Notes under the pieces: generated by a model
Seen by the model: only the letters and a program-made list of their open reading frames with translations
Database searches by the model: none
What the model was told of the DNA's origin: nothing
DNA from: Candidatus Nanopelagicales bacterium
GTDB taxonomy: Bacteria; Actinomycetota; Actinomycetes; S36-B12
DNA: 64,000 nt
NCBI GenBank assembly: GCA_017857175.1
Contig: JAFMDS010000003.1
Location: forward strand, 4,223 to 68,222
Direction of reading: 5' to 3'
Shown: positions 39,784 to 49,574 of the stretch, piece after piece
Position numbering within the stretch: position 1 is the first letter of the stretch
Layout: each line of letters starts with the position of its first letter
Translations under genes and position numbers: made by a program

Positions 39784-40317
39784 CTATTGATCTTTGCTGT
39801 CTGCCGTGCGCAATCGTTGAGGCAGCTGAGCAATCAGCCCATCACTGGCTCGCTCAATCATCTGCAACACGGTGGTGAAGCCGTCGCCCGAACCGTAGTA
39901 AGGATCGGGAACATCAAGATCTGGGTGGGGCATAGGCAAGTGCGATAGTTCGGGATCAAATGCGCGGAACATAATGAGCTCAGGTGAGTGATCGCTGTTG
40001 TTGATCATGTACTCAACATTGGTGTAGTTACTGGAATCCATAACAACAATGAGGTCGAGTCCATTCATCCAAGTGGAATCAATTTGTCGCGCTCGGTGGC
40101 TCTTTAAAGAGTAGTCATGATCAGACAAAGTGCTCAATGCGCGCTCATCAGCATTATGACCAATATGCCAGTCACCGGTTCCCGCAGAATCTACCGCGAC
40201 CCTGTTAGTCAGCCCTGCTTGTTCAATTCTGTCGCGCAGGACTGCCTCGGCCATAGGGGACCGGCAAATATTGCCCAAACAGACGGTGGTGATGCGATAC
40301 GGGGTTTTGTTCATCAT
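39784..40317 (-). CDS. Low-molecular-weight protein tyrosine phosphatase
   Basis: VCLGNICRSPMAE P-loop and DVPDPYYG. Confidence 0.95.
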   Translation of the reverse strand: MMNKTPYRITTVCLGNICRSPMAEAVLRDRIEQAGLTNRVAVDSAGTGDWHIGHNADERALSTLSDHDYSLKSHRARQIDSTWMNGLDLIVVMDSSNYTNVEYMINNSDHSPELIMFRAFDPELSHLPMPHPDLDVPDPYYGSGDGFTTVLQMIERASDGLIAQLPQRLRTADSKDQ

Positions 40318-40345
40318 CTTCCAATATTGGTGAGTGCGACGAAAG

Positions 40346-41401
40346 TTACTTTCTTTGCATTTTTGTGCGATAGGCCATGACATCTTCTAATGAAGAAGAC
40401 GTGTCCCGAGCTTCGTAGCTAGTAGGTAAATAGATAGTAGACGGCTTAACGCCACCAATTTGATCCAAAATCATGGTTGCAGCGGCCCGGCCCATGGCTT
40501 CGGCATCTCTAGAGACAGCACTAATTCTCGGTCGCAATATGCGGAGCCAAGGAAGGTCGTCAACCACGACCAAAGCTACGTCTCGACCTGGCCGAATCCC
40601 TAACTCGGAGAAAGATTCCAGTACTCCAATCGTTGCCTGCACACCGCCTGACAAAATTGCCGTGGGTCTCTTTGCGGGATTCCCTGTCATGACTGCCGTT
40701 GTCTCTTTACGGGCAAATGCCGCAGAAAATGCTCCGGTGATCTCGAATGACTTTTTCATGGCTTCTGGCGAAGTCATTAATCCTTCAAGGAAACCCTTGA
40801 CCCGCTCTCTAGTTGGGCGAACATCGGGTGAACCCGTGACGAGCACCATGCTTGTATGCCCCAAATTCACGAGATCATTCGTGGCTGCTTTTATCCCCGT
40901 GACGTGGTCAAAGAGAGTCCTGCCAATGTCTAGGTTGTCGAGATCCCGATCGATGAGGACAACAGGTTTATCGTATGCAGACACAATTTTGCGGAGTTTG
41001 GGAGTTGAGTCGACGACAGTAGAAAGAAGTAGGCCATCAACTCGTCGTTGCTTGAGCATGGTCATTCGTTCAATTTCCTGAGTCTGGCTTCCACCACCAT
41101 TCATTACTAAAAGTGTGTATCCAGACGAGTTAAGCACTGACTCAAGTCCTTCAATTACATCGCTAAAAAATGGAGTGGCGAAGTCACGCACAACGTAACC
41201 GATGAGTCGACTCGAACCTCGACGAAGCGACTGCGCAACTGGATCGGGTGAGTAGCCCAATTCGCGGGCCGCATCTTCAACCCGCCGCTTCATGTCGATA
41301 CTGACGTCAGGGTGATTACTGAGAACGCGGGATACAGATGAGACGGCGACCCCAGCCCTCGTTGCAACATCGTGAATCGTCACCTGGCGACTTTTGGTCA
41401 C
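40346..41401 (-). CDS. LacI family transcriptional regulator
   Basis: TIHDVATRAGVAVSSVSRVLS HTH, YSPDPVAQSL hinge and a periplasmic-binding-like domain. Confidence 0.96.
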   Translation of the reverse strand: MTKSRQVTIHDVATRAGVAVSSVSRVLSNHPDVSIDMKRRVEDAARELGYSPDPVAQSLRRGSSRLIGYVVRDFATPFFSDVIEGLESVLNSSGYTLLVMNGGGSQTQEIERMTMLKQRRVDGLLLSTVVDSTPKLRKIVSAYDKPVVLIDRDLDNLDIGRTLFDHVTGIKAATNDLVNLGHTSMVLVTGSPDVRPTRERVKGFLEGLMTSPEAMKKSFEITGAFSAAFARKETTAVMTGNPAKRPTAILSGGVQATIGVLESFSELGIRPGRDVALVVVDDLPWLRILRPRISAVSRDAEAMGRAAATMILDQIGGVKPSTIYLPTSYEARDTSSSLEDVMAYRTKMQRK

Positions 41402-41514
41402 GATTTCCCTCGCTTTGCTCTTTATTTTTTGTGGTGCTCATGGGCACTGTGTGCGGAGACTACCAAGTGACACGGAGGTAGGTTTCGAATCAGCAGAACT
41501 CACGGTCAAACTAC

Positions 41515-41528
41515 TGGAAACGATACCA
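41515..41528. promoter_or_regulatory. LacI-type operator, copy 1
   Basis: TGGAAACGATACCA between the divergent lacI and enolase genes. Confidence 0.75.
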
Positions 41529-41611
41529 ACAATAGATGCTATGGTGCACAATACAGACATCATTATTGGTCACGCAAATGTCCATCGGACGTACCTCTGA
41601 GGAGTGAGTGA

Positions 41612-42739
41612 ATGAAAATCGCGTCAATTGATCCAATCCCTGTTGCGTATCCCGAGCCTAATGACTTTAACGCGACGCGTTATCTGTGCCTCGTCAAGAT
41701 CACCACGGACGATGGAGTGGTTGGTTGGGGTGAATCCATTACCCAATTCCCAGAGGCAAATGCACCCGTTGCCGCACTGATCGACGGCCTCGCGGAATAT
41801 GTTATTGGTCAGGATCCAGTCCATACCGAAAAGATTTGGCGAGACTTAAAATCCCGCACTTGGTGGTACGGATACCGGGGCGGCCTAGCTTCTTATGCAA
41901 TCTCGGCGATTGATATCGCATTGTGGGACATAAAGGGGAAGGTCCTCGGTCGAAGCGTCCTCGATCTTTTGGGAGGGCCTGTGCATGAACGCTTGCCCGC
42001 TATCGCGTCCTCACATGCTCACTATGAATCAATCCCTCGAATGGCTGAAGAAGCTGTTGAATGGCTATCGACTGGCATGCAGGGCATGAAAGTAGGATTT
42101 GGCAAACGTGGCGACGCACACCTGGGATACGAACACAATCGGGACGTTGAGTACATGCGATCTATGCGGGAAGCAATCGGATCGGATAAAAAAATTATGA
42201 TTGATTGCGGAATCAATGTGAAATGGGATGTGGCCACAGCGGTGAAACGTGTGAGGGCATTCGATGAATACAACTTAGAGTGGATTGAGGAACCACTGGG
42301 TGCATGGGATCCAGAAGGATATGCAACGCTCCGCTCAAAAACGGAGTCATTAATCGCTTATGGAGAACGCGAATGGAACCTGAGTGGATTTGAGAATGTT
42401 CTGGCGACAGGTAGTTGTGATGTTCTCGGCGTCGATCCAGGACGAGCTGAGGGAATTACGGGGTTCAAGAAAGTAACAGATAGATGTGAGTTTTACGGAC
42501 GACAGGCAAATGCGCATGCTTGGTCAAGTGCCATTGTTAGTGCTGCCAGCGTTGCAATAAGTTTTAGTACAACAAGCAGCAAACTATTTGAATTCAAACC
42601 CCTACGAAATCCCATGCAACATGAATTAGTTTCTAATCCCCTCACTCACACAGATGGCTGGCTCTATCCTCCAACGGGTCTCCCAGGCCTTGGTATTGAG
42701 ATCAATGAAGATATTGTTGACCGATACCGAGTGAATTAA
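41612..42739 (+). CDS. Mandelate racemase-subgroup enolase (probable acid-sugar dehydratase)
   Basis: IDIALWDIKGK, metal ligands in MID, WIEEP and GERE, His-Asp dyad (VDP, AHAW), PGLGIE. Confidence 0.92.
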   Translation: MKIASIDPIPVAYPEPNDFNATRYLCLVKITTDDGVVGWGESITQFPEANAPVAALIDGLAEYVIGQDPVHTEKIWRDLKSRTWWYGYRGGLASYAISAIDIALWDIKGKVLGRSVLDLLGGPVHERLPAIASSHAHYESIPRMAEEAVEWLSTGMQGMKVGFGKRGDAHLGYEHNRDVEYMRSMREAIGSDKKIMIDCGINVKWDVATAVKRVRAFDEYNLEWIEEPLGAWDPEGYATLRSKTESLIAYGEREWNLSGFENVLATGSCDVLGVDPGRAEGITGFKKVTDRCEFYGRQANAHAWSSAIVSAASVAISFSTTSSKLFEFKPLRNPMQHELVSNPLTHTDGWLYPPTGLPGLGIEINEDIVDRYRVN

Positions 42740-42748
42740 GTCCAAAGA

Positions 42749-43999
42749 ATGTCGTACAACCCTGGTTCTGTTGATCCACTAAGAATTATGGTCAACTATC
42801 AAGTAAGTGAATTATCAAACGTGGAAATTGAGGCAGTAACTTTTTTACTTGCCGATTTTTTGTCTACGACTAGCGCGTATCTTTATGGCAAGAATTCCTT
42901 GGATTATGCTAATCTACGTGGCTCTGAACTTGCGGCCTATCTAGCCATTGCATCATCAAATGGCGATATGGATGATGTGGACTGGGGAGAGGTACATCAC
43001 CCCGGATCAGTAATTCTGCCTGCCGTCTTGGCGGTCGGAATTGAGAGGCATTCCAGTTCAGATCAGATTCAGCGCGCCATTCAGGCTGGCTATCAAAGTG
43101 CCGCGATTTTCAGTGGAATCATGTCCTCTGAGATTAGGCAAAAATGGCATGCAACATCAATGGCAGGCGCTGTAGGGGCAACACACGCAATAGCGGAACT
43201 AATTGGTCTCACGGCCAATCAGGCATATGCAGCGCTGAGCTTGACATGTGCGAATATTGGCGGGCTTGCGCAGGCAGGTATTGAGAGAAACGGTGCTGCG
43301 CAATTCAATCGTGGGGCAGCTGCGTCTCTGAGTGTCATTGCCGCCAGGGCTGCGTTGATGGATATCCCACATCTTCCGGGTTCATTTACCTCACTCATGC
43401 TTGCGTGGGGTATCGACCCTGACTTAGCAGGCATTGAGGCAGAAGCAAAATCGCAGCAGGCCCTTGGAATTCAGGGCGCATCGCTTCGGTTACTCCCTGT
43501 TTCAGGCTATATGCAAGCCGCAGTGCATGCCGTTGTTTCTGTGCTCATGCGTAGCAGTGGCTTCTCGAGTCTACAGATTTCAGTTGCCCCTTCCACTTAT
43601 CGGCTTACTGTGACGGGTCAGTCCCCATACAACTGGGTCGATGACTACTGGTGGGATTTGCCATTAATGGTGAATCACCTGTTACAAGGGGCCAATGCTT
43701 TTTCGAGGCGGATACCTGTCCTAAACGGAGGAACTCAGTTGAGTGTTGAATTTTTAGAGGATTCCAGTTTGGCTCCCAATGAAGCTCGCCTGCAGTACAG
43801 AAATTCCTCAGGTCAAATTGAATTACACAATTTTGTTGCTCCGGGTGGTTTGCCGCTTGACGAAACTACAAGGAATTTATGGGATCAAAAGTGTTCGCTC
43901 TGGTTAGGTGTTTCTCCAGAAAGAAATCTTGCAGCAGCCCAGGCGATCATGAGTAATGGTCTTCAAGGAAAGAATCTTGCGGAACTATTTAGCATTTAA
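42749..43999 (+). CDS. MmgE/PrpD family protein (divergent)
   Basis: DMDDVDWGEVHHPGSVILPAVLA and WHATSMAG motifs. Confidence 0.75.
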   Translation: MSYNPGSVDPLRIMVNYQVSELSNVEIEAVTFLLADFLSTTSAYLYGKNSLDYANLRGSELAAYLAIASSNGDMDDVDWGEVHHPGSVILPAVLAVGIERHSSSDQIQRAIQAGYQSAAIFSGIMSSEIRQKWHATSMAGAVGATHAIAELIGLTANQAYAALSLTCANIGGLAQAGIERNGAAQFNRGAAASLSVIAARAALMDIPHLPGSFTSLMLAWGIDPDLAGIEAEAKSQQALGIQGASLRLLPVSGYMQAAVHAVVSVLMRSSGFSSLQISVAPSTYRLTVTGQSPYNWVDDYWWDLPLMVNHLLQGANAFSRRIPVLNGGTQLSVEFLEDSSLAPNEARLQYRNSSGQIELHNFVAPGGLPLDETTRNLWDQKCSLWLGVSPERNLAAAQAIMSNGLQGKNLAELFSI

Positions 44000-45069
44000 G
44001 AGTTATTGAGTAAATCCAGCAGAAAATGCTCGACATCTGCGGTACTCGCGGTACCGCGCAGGTCTTTCGTTCGAGTTTCCGGATTAAGCAGAGAGACCTC
44101 TATTGCATTCATCAGTGAGGTTGCAGCCTTGTTCAAATTCAAGTGCTCGAGCATCATGACTCCAGACCAAATTGTGGCTATTGGGTTAGCAATTCCCGAG
44201 CCCGCGATATCCGGTGCCGATCCATGTACAGGTTCAAACATGGAAGGCATGTTTGGATCAGCACTTAAATTAGCGGATGCTGCAATTCCTAAACTTCCAA
44301 CTGTGGCTGAACCCAGATCAGAGAGAATGTCACCATAAAGGTTAGAGGCAACGACAACATCAAATTCCTGTGGCCGCGTTACGAATTCCGCGGCTGCAGC
44401 ATCGATGAGCTTCTTTGATAATTCAATATCGGGGTATTCTTGCATTGTCTCTGCAACAACTTCGTCCCAGAAAGTCATTGTGTGAATAATTCCATTTGAT
44501 TTTGTAACCGAGGTTACTTTGTGCCGACGATTTCTTGCGGCTTCAGCGGCAAATCGGGTTATTCGTTCGATTCCAAAACGGGTAAAAATATCATTCTGCA
44601 CAGCAAACTCACGACATGTTCCTTTAAATGAGCGTCCACCAGACTCGGAGTACTCCCCTTCAGTGTTTTCGCGAACGATCAACATATTGATGTGTTCACC
44701 ATCTGGTAGTTGCACATTTGGACGAACGCCATCAAACTGGCGTACAGGACGAAGGTTGACAAATAGGTCGAATTCCCTGCGGATAGGCATGAGTAATCCC
44801 CAAAGGGTGACATCATCAGGGACTTCAGGATCACCGATCGCACCAAGAAATATGCAATCGAATTCGGAAAGTTGAGCGATACCGTCAGTTGGCATCATCT
44901 GACCGTTCACTTTGAAGTAGTCGGATCCCCAGTCAAGCCAAGTCCAATCAATGGAAAGACCGGCCTGGTGCAAAGCAGCGTCCAACACTTTCACGGCCAC
45001 GGGTATGACTTCCTTGCCAATTCCGTCACCCGGAATGACGGCGACCCTTTTTGCGCTATTCAATGACAT
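43996..45069 (-). CDS. Tartrate dehydrogenase/decarboxylase / D-malate dehydrogenase (IDH/IMDH family)
   Basis: PGDGIGKEV, WGLLMPIRREF..VNLRP, RENTEGEYS, TKSNG and EPVHGSAPDIAG motifs. Confidence 0.88.
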   Translation of the reverse strand: MSLNSAKRVAVIPGDGIGKEVIPVAVKVLDAALHQAGLSIDWTWLDWGSDYFKVNGQMMPTDGIAQLSEFDCIFLGAIGDPEVPDDVTLWGLLMPIRREFDLFVNLRPVRQFDGVRPNVQLPDGEHINMLIVRENTEGEYSESGGRSFKGTCREFAVQNDIFTRFGIERITRFAAEAARNRRHKVTSVTKSNGIIHTMTFWDEVVAETMQEYPDIELSKKLIDAAAAEFVTRPQEFDVVVASNLYGDILSDLGSATVGSLGIAASANLSADPNMPSMFEPVHGSAPDIAGSGIANPIATIWSGVMMLEHLNLNKAATSLMNAIEVSLLNPETRTKDLRGTASTADVEHFLLDLLNNS

Positions 45070-45133
45070 TCCTCAAGGATTAGTCGGTTGGAGCCGAGAG
45101 TGGCCGATATTCGCACAGATTAGTACATGATAC

Positions 45134-45147
45134 CGGTAACGTTTCCA
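45134..45147. promoter_or_regulatory. LacI-type operator, copy 2
   Basis: CGGTAACGTTTCCA upstream of the tartrate dehydrogenase-like gene. Confidence 0.8.
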
Positions 45148-45154
45148 CCACCTA

Positions 45155-45952
45155 TCAATACATCAATTGACCACCAGAGATATTAAGGAGCGCCCCGGTC
45201 ATGTAGCTGGAGGCATCTGAAGCCAGGAATAAAACCGCACCCGCCATTTCCTCGGGTGCACCCAATCTGCCCATGGGCACCATGGAAATGAATGCGGAAA
45301 CCGCGGAAGGACCTTGACCACCATGCAACATTGTCGTGTCCACTCCGCCAGGTGCAACAACATTCACCCGCACTCCGTCAGCGGCAAATGAGCGGGCTAG
45401 CCCTCGTGTCATAGACACGACACCCCCTTTGGCAGCTGCGTAGACGACTGAGCCACCGAATCCGCCCGTCCACCATCCTTGCGAAGAAAAGTTCACAATT
45501 GACCCTTTGGTTCCCTGCCTCACAAAAACATCACGTGCGGTTCGATTGAGAAAAAAAGATGCTTTCAAGTTAACGGAATGTTGAATATCCCAATCCTCTT
45601 CAGTGATTTCATCAATTGTGTCTCGTCGAATTAGCACAGCTGCAAGATGTGCGACCGCGGCCATGGGCGCACCAAGAGTTGCATGGCGAAAAATCTCCTG
45701 ATGTGAACTCAAATCTGCCAAGTCACATACAACTTTTACGTGCCCCGAACCAGGAAGTTGATTAAGTGTGTCATCAAGTGACTCGGCAGTCAGATCAACA
45801 GCGACAACTAATGCGCCCGCCTCCGCAAAGGCCACCGCTGTCGCTCTACCGATTTCACCTCCAGCACCAGTTACGACAACATGATTCCCTGCCAATCCTG
45901 AATCATTGCGCCACGTTGGAATTTCCTCAGAGTTAAGTATGGACTTAGTCAT
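45155..45952 (-). CDS. Short-chain dehydrogenase/reductase
   Basis: TGAGGEIG, YAAAK and VNVVAPG motifs; start MTKS after a GAGGAG RBS. Confidence 0.93.
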   Translation of the reverse strand: MTKSILNSEEIPTWRNDSGLAGNHVVVTGAGGEIGRATAVAFAEAGALVVAVDLTAESLDDTLNQLPGSGHVKVVCDLADLSSHQEIFRHATLGAPMAAVAHLAAVLIRRDTIDEITEEDWDIQHSVNLKASFFLNRTARDVFVRQGTKGSIVNFSSQGWWTGGFGGSVVYAAAKGGVVSMTRGLARSFAADGVRVNVVAPGGVDTTMLHGGQGPSAVSAFISMVPMGRLGAPEEMAGAVLFLASDASSYMTGALLNISGGQLMY

Positions 45953-45986
45953 GCGTGATCTCCTCAGATCGGATTCATTATGCAGT

Positions 45987-47213
45987 CTATTGAGTGAGTA
46001 ACATGAGGCTTTTTGGCTTTCTGACAGCAAGCAAATTTCCATATTGCGTATCCCCGACTAGGCGCAATTCAGGGAATCGATTCGCTATATTTCGCAATGC
46101 AATTTGCGTTTCAAGGCGTGCGAGGGGTGCACCTAGGCAAAAGTGAGGTCCGTGTCCAAATGACACATTTCCAGCATCTTTGCGATGTGAATTGAAGTGA
46201 TTTGGGGTAGTGAATCGCCTAGGGTCTCGATTTGCCGCACCAATAAGGAAAAATACGTAATCCCCCTGAATTATCTCAACTCCATTAACTTCGATGTTCT
46301 TACGAGCTATTCGGGTTTGTCGCTGAATTGAATTATCGAAGCGGAGTACTTCTTCGGTTAGTTTCTCAGTGATAGTCTGATCGTCAACCAATTCCGAATA
46401 GGACTCACGTTGCTGAAGTAGAATGTTAAGCGCATTACCAATCAAGCCTTCGGTGGTTTCAAAGCCAGCAAAAAATAGCTGGATCACGAGTGCGATCAGC
46501 TCTTCGCGTGAGAATGATCCATCTTCGTTTTCGATAACGATTAGATCGCTGAGCAGGTCGTGAGTTGGATGTTGCTCCTTTTCTTTGATCAAGGATTCCA
46601 GGTACTCAGATGCTTCTATTACAGCTTCATTTGCTGATCGCGCAGCTTCAGGTGTCATAACTCCTGCAGATAGTAGATTCACTATTCCTTCAGCCCACCG
46701 GTTTAGGTCACTTAACCTAGAAAATGGGATGCCAAGTAATTTAGAGATCACCATGGCAGGGAGTTTGAACGAAAACATTTGAATAAGATCAAACTGGCGA
46801 TCTGTGGGCCACTGGTCTAGCAAGTCATTGACCAGAGTTTCGATATCGGATTTCATTGAACCAATTCGACGAGCGGTGAATGCCTTACTCACCAGTCGGC
46901 GAAGGCGGGTGTGATCCGGTGCGTCTCGAAAAGACATCATCGCCTCAAGGCAGTCGAATACCGCTCGGTTCTGTACGCGTACATCCGGATCCAGCAGGCT
47001 CGCTGCCTGAGCGATTCGACCTCCTGCACCGAAGTCCATGGACTGAAGACCCTGCTGTACGGAATCAAAGGGAGTTACCAGCCAGCCATTCACCTTCTGA
47101 CTCCACACCACAGGGGATTCGGACAATAATCGTTCGTAGAATGGGTATGGATTATGAAAGAAATCCGGTGTTAAGAAATCATCTTCTGAAATCCTGGAAA
47201 CGATACTAGCCAT
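45987..47213 (-). CDS. Cytochrome P450
   Basis: DAPDHTRLRR, AGFETT I-helix, EEVLR ExxR motif and FGHGPHFCLG heme motif. Confidence 0.97.
   Translation of the reverse strand: MASIVSRISEDDFLTPDFFHNPYPFYERLLSESPVVWSQKVNGWLVTPFDSVQQGLQSMDFGAGGRIAQAASLLDPDVRVQNRAVFDCLEAMMSFRDAPDHTRLRRLVSKAFTARRIGSMKSDIETLVNDLLDQWPTDRQFDLIQMFSFKLPAMVISKLLGIPFSRLSDLNRWAEGIVNLLSAGVMTPEAARSANEAVIEASEYLESLIKEKEQHPTHDLLSDLIVIENEDGSFSREELIALVIQLFFAGFETTEGLIGNALNILLQQRESYSELVDDQTITEKLTEEVLRFDNSIQRQTRIARKNIEVNGVEIIQGDYVFFLIGAANRDPRRFTTPNHFNSHRKDAGNVSFGHGPHFCLGAPLARLETQIALRNIANRFPELRLVGDTQYGNLLAVRKPKSLMLLTQ
47195..47208. promoter_or_regulatory. LacI-type operator, copy 3 (within the first codons of the leaderless P450 gene)
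   Basis: TGGAAACGATACTA; a TAGTGT -10 lies 6 nt upstream of the P450 ATG. Confidence 0.65.
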
Positions 47214-47353
47214 GGCGATACACTAATGGATAAGCAACGTTGGCGAACGATTTTCAGGGTATAGGTGAGGAACTCATGTACCTGAGTATGTGGGATTGCA
47301 CCATGTCACCATTGCCAGTGCAAATCAGTTGCGGTGCGGAGCAATAGACCGCT

Positions 47354-48190
47354 ATGTGGCCGATTTTTTTCGGAGCTCTAGCTGCGGTGAGCACGGCAAT
47401 TGGTCTGATGCTCACCAAAAGCATTTCCCAACGCATGCCCGCCTGGCAAGTAGTAGGGCCGCTGTTTCTTCTCAACACTTTACTCGTTTTACCTGCCATT
47501 CCCATTGGTCCTGCTTGGAAAGTTCCGTCATTTGAGATTTTCCTTCTTCATGCATTCTCCACAATTTTATTAATCGCAGGCGCTGCTTGTGTCTTTCTAC
47601 TGATAACACGGGGTCGTGCTTCGAGCGTCTCTGTTGGACGTGCCGTGTCGCCTGTTGCGGTGCTTATCGCGGGACCAATTCTTTTGGGGAATACGGAATC
47701 ACGAGCGCTCATAATTGGCGCGATTATCGTCATGCTTGGAGCATTGCTCCCTCTACGAAAAGGATTCGAAGGAATCTCCTCGGGCGTGACGCTTGGGATA
47801 TTGATTTTCCTTGGTTTCGCAGAAGGCACTGTCACTGTCTTAACAGCAATGTTGGCATTACAAGGTGTAGGCCTGCCCGAAATCTATATTGTACGTACAC
47901 TGATAGCAGGAATATTTTTCACGCTTTTAGTGCTCCCTCGCGATTTGAAGTTGAAGGACCTTAAACCATTAACCGTCCGAGCAGTTTTTGTTACGGGTGG
48001 GTATTTCTTCACAATTCTTGGAGTTCGTGACGGTGATGTTGTCCCAGTTCAGGCTCTGTGGGCTACCGCACCAATGCTGGTGATTTTATTGGAGTGGATC
48101 AGACTTCGGGAAAGACCGCAGATCGGGGCCATGGTTGGTGCCGTTGTTGTGGCAATCGGCGTTCTAGTGTTACTGAGTGCGGCGAATTAG
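47354..48190 (+). CDS. DMT/EamA family transporter
   Basis: About 10 TM segments in two repeats; P..V.I...ILLG and LRERP..GAMVG patterns. Confidence 0.8.
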   Translation: MWPIFFGALAAVSTAIGLMLTKSISQRMPAWQVVGPLFLLNTLLVLPAIPIGPAWKVPSFEIFLLHAFSTILLIAGAACVFLLITRGRASSVSVGRAVSPVAVLIAGPILLGNTESRALIIGAIIVMLGALLPLRKGFEGISSGVTLGILIFLGFAEGTVTVLTAMLALQGVGLPEIYIVRTLIAGIFFTLLVLPRDLKLKDLKPLTVRAVFVTGGYFFTILGVRDGDVVPVQALWATAPMLVILLEWIRLRERPQIGAMVGAVVVAIGVLVLLSAAN

Positions 48191-48245
48191 TCTTGAGAAG
48201 GATCTGCATGCTCAATGGAAATATTGGTACACAGAGGGAAACCAA

Positions 48246-49574
48246 ATGAAGTACAAGTCAGTGTCTGGGAACAGCATATTGGAGCAAAGTGCTCATGCGG
48301 CGCATAATCTAGCTTCGTTGGGAGTAAATAAAGGCGATCGCATTGGTATTTGTGCAAATAATTCCATGGAATTAGTGACACTTGTTATCGCTGCACTTCG
48401 ATCTGGCATCATCCCCGCTCTCATTAGTTCCCAGGCGACTGAGAGGGAATTAACTGAATTAACTCATGACATTGATGCATGCCGTGTCTTCCGCGACGGT
48501 GATCTTGACAAAATTGTTTACGGAAACAATTTATCAATGGAAATTGAAGTTGCTATCTCCGATTTCCCTCAGTGTCGACCAATGCACTTCACATCGGGTA
48601 CGACCGGCCGGCCGAAAGCTGTATGGAGTGGATGGTTGACGCAATCGGAATCTCTTGAATGGGTGCAGGAAGAAATTGATACATGGGAATTTGTCGAGTC
48701 CGATACCCACTTGGTCAACGGACCGCTAAACCATTCGGCACCTTTACGATTCGCGATCATGACTGTGTTCGCAAAAGGATCGCTTATTATTCCCGAGAAA
48801 TTTGTTGCCAAGCTTGCTTTAGAACTCATGATCAACGAAGGTGTGACAACAACTTTTGCGGCTCCTGCACATCTGCAACGAATCATGGCTGTGGCAAGTC
48901 CGGACCTGCGATTAGAGTCAATGCGGCTAGTTGCGCATGCAGGCTCATTTTGCCCGGATCACGTTCGTATCTGGGCACATGAATTTTTCGGGGTGGAAAC
49001 AGTGGTCGAGTTTTACGGCTCAACAGAAGGCCAATTCACTATCTGTCTAGCGAACGAATGGCGCGACAACCCCGGAAGTGTCGGCCGCGCACGACAGGGG
49101 CGCCAATTGATTACAGATGCTGAGGGGCAGATTTGGTGTCAGGTTCCTGATTTTTCGAGGTTTAGCTATTGGGGTGATGAGACTAAATCCCAAGCAACAT
49201 GGAGGCAGGGTAATTGGTTTTCGGTTGGTGACTTCGGACAAATTGACTCAAGTGGGTACTTGTATCTCGAGGGGCGTAAGGGAGATTTGATTATTTCAGG
49301 AGGTGTGAATGTTTATCCAGCGGAAATCGAACGCGTGATTTCTAGCCTGCAGGGGGTCGCGGAGTCGGTGGCCTTCGGCCTACCCGATTCGGAATGGGGC
49401 CAACGAGTGTGTGTCGCTGTCCTGGGAACCGCAACCGAGTCCGAAATTGATAAACACCTCCGGGAACAACTCTCCGGACCCAAACGACCCAAGAGCGTAT
49501 TTTTGATCGAGAACTTTCCTAGGACGCATTCCGGCAAAGTAGATCGCATACAGGTGGCGAAAATCTTTGGGTGA
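48246..49574 (+). CDS. AMP-binding acyl-CoA synthetase family protein
   Basis: FTSGTTGRPKAV, FYGSTEG, GD.G.ID, IISGGVNVYPAEIE and SGKVDR motifs. Confidence 0.93.
   Translation: MKYKSVSGNSILEQSAHAAHNLASLGVNKGDRIGICANNSMELVTLVIAALRSGIIPALISSQATERELTELTHDIDACRVFRDGDLDKIVYGNNLSMEIEVAISDFPQCRPMHFTSGTTGRPKAVWSGWLTQSESLEWVQEEIDTWEFVESDTHLVNGPLNHSAPLRFAIMTVFAKGSLIIPEKFVAKLALELMINEGVTTTFAAPAHLQRIMAVASPDLRLESMRLVAHAGSFCPDHVRIWAHEFFGVETVVEFYGSTEGQFTICLANEWRDNPGSVGRARQGRQLITDAEGQIWCQVPDFSRFSYWGDETKSQATWRQGNWFSVGDFGQIDSSGYLYLEGRKGDLIISGGVNVYPAEIERVISSLQGVAESVAFGLPDSEWGQRVCVAVLGTATESEIDKHLREQLSGPKRPKSVFLIENFPRTHSGKVDRIQVAKIFG

Noticed and set aside
40473..41081. Long antisense ORFs (202 aa here; also 18981-19556, 12374-12880 and 35923-36414)
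   Set aside because: Shadow frames opposite well-supported genes, with no motifs or translation signals.
41394..41600. 68-aa ORF between lacI and the first enolase
   Set aside because: It spans the divergent promoter and operator region and shows no coding signature.
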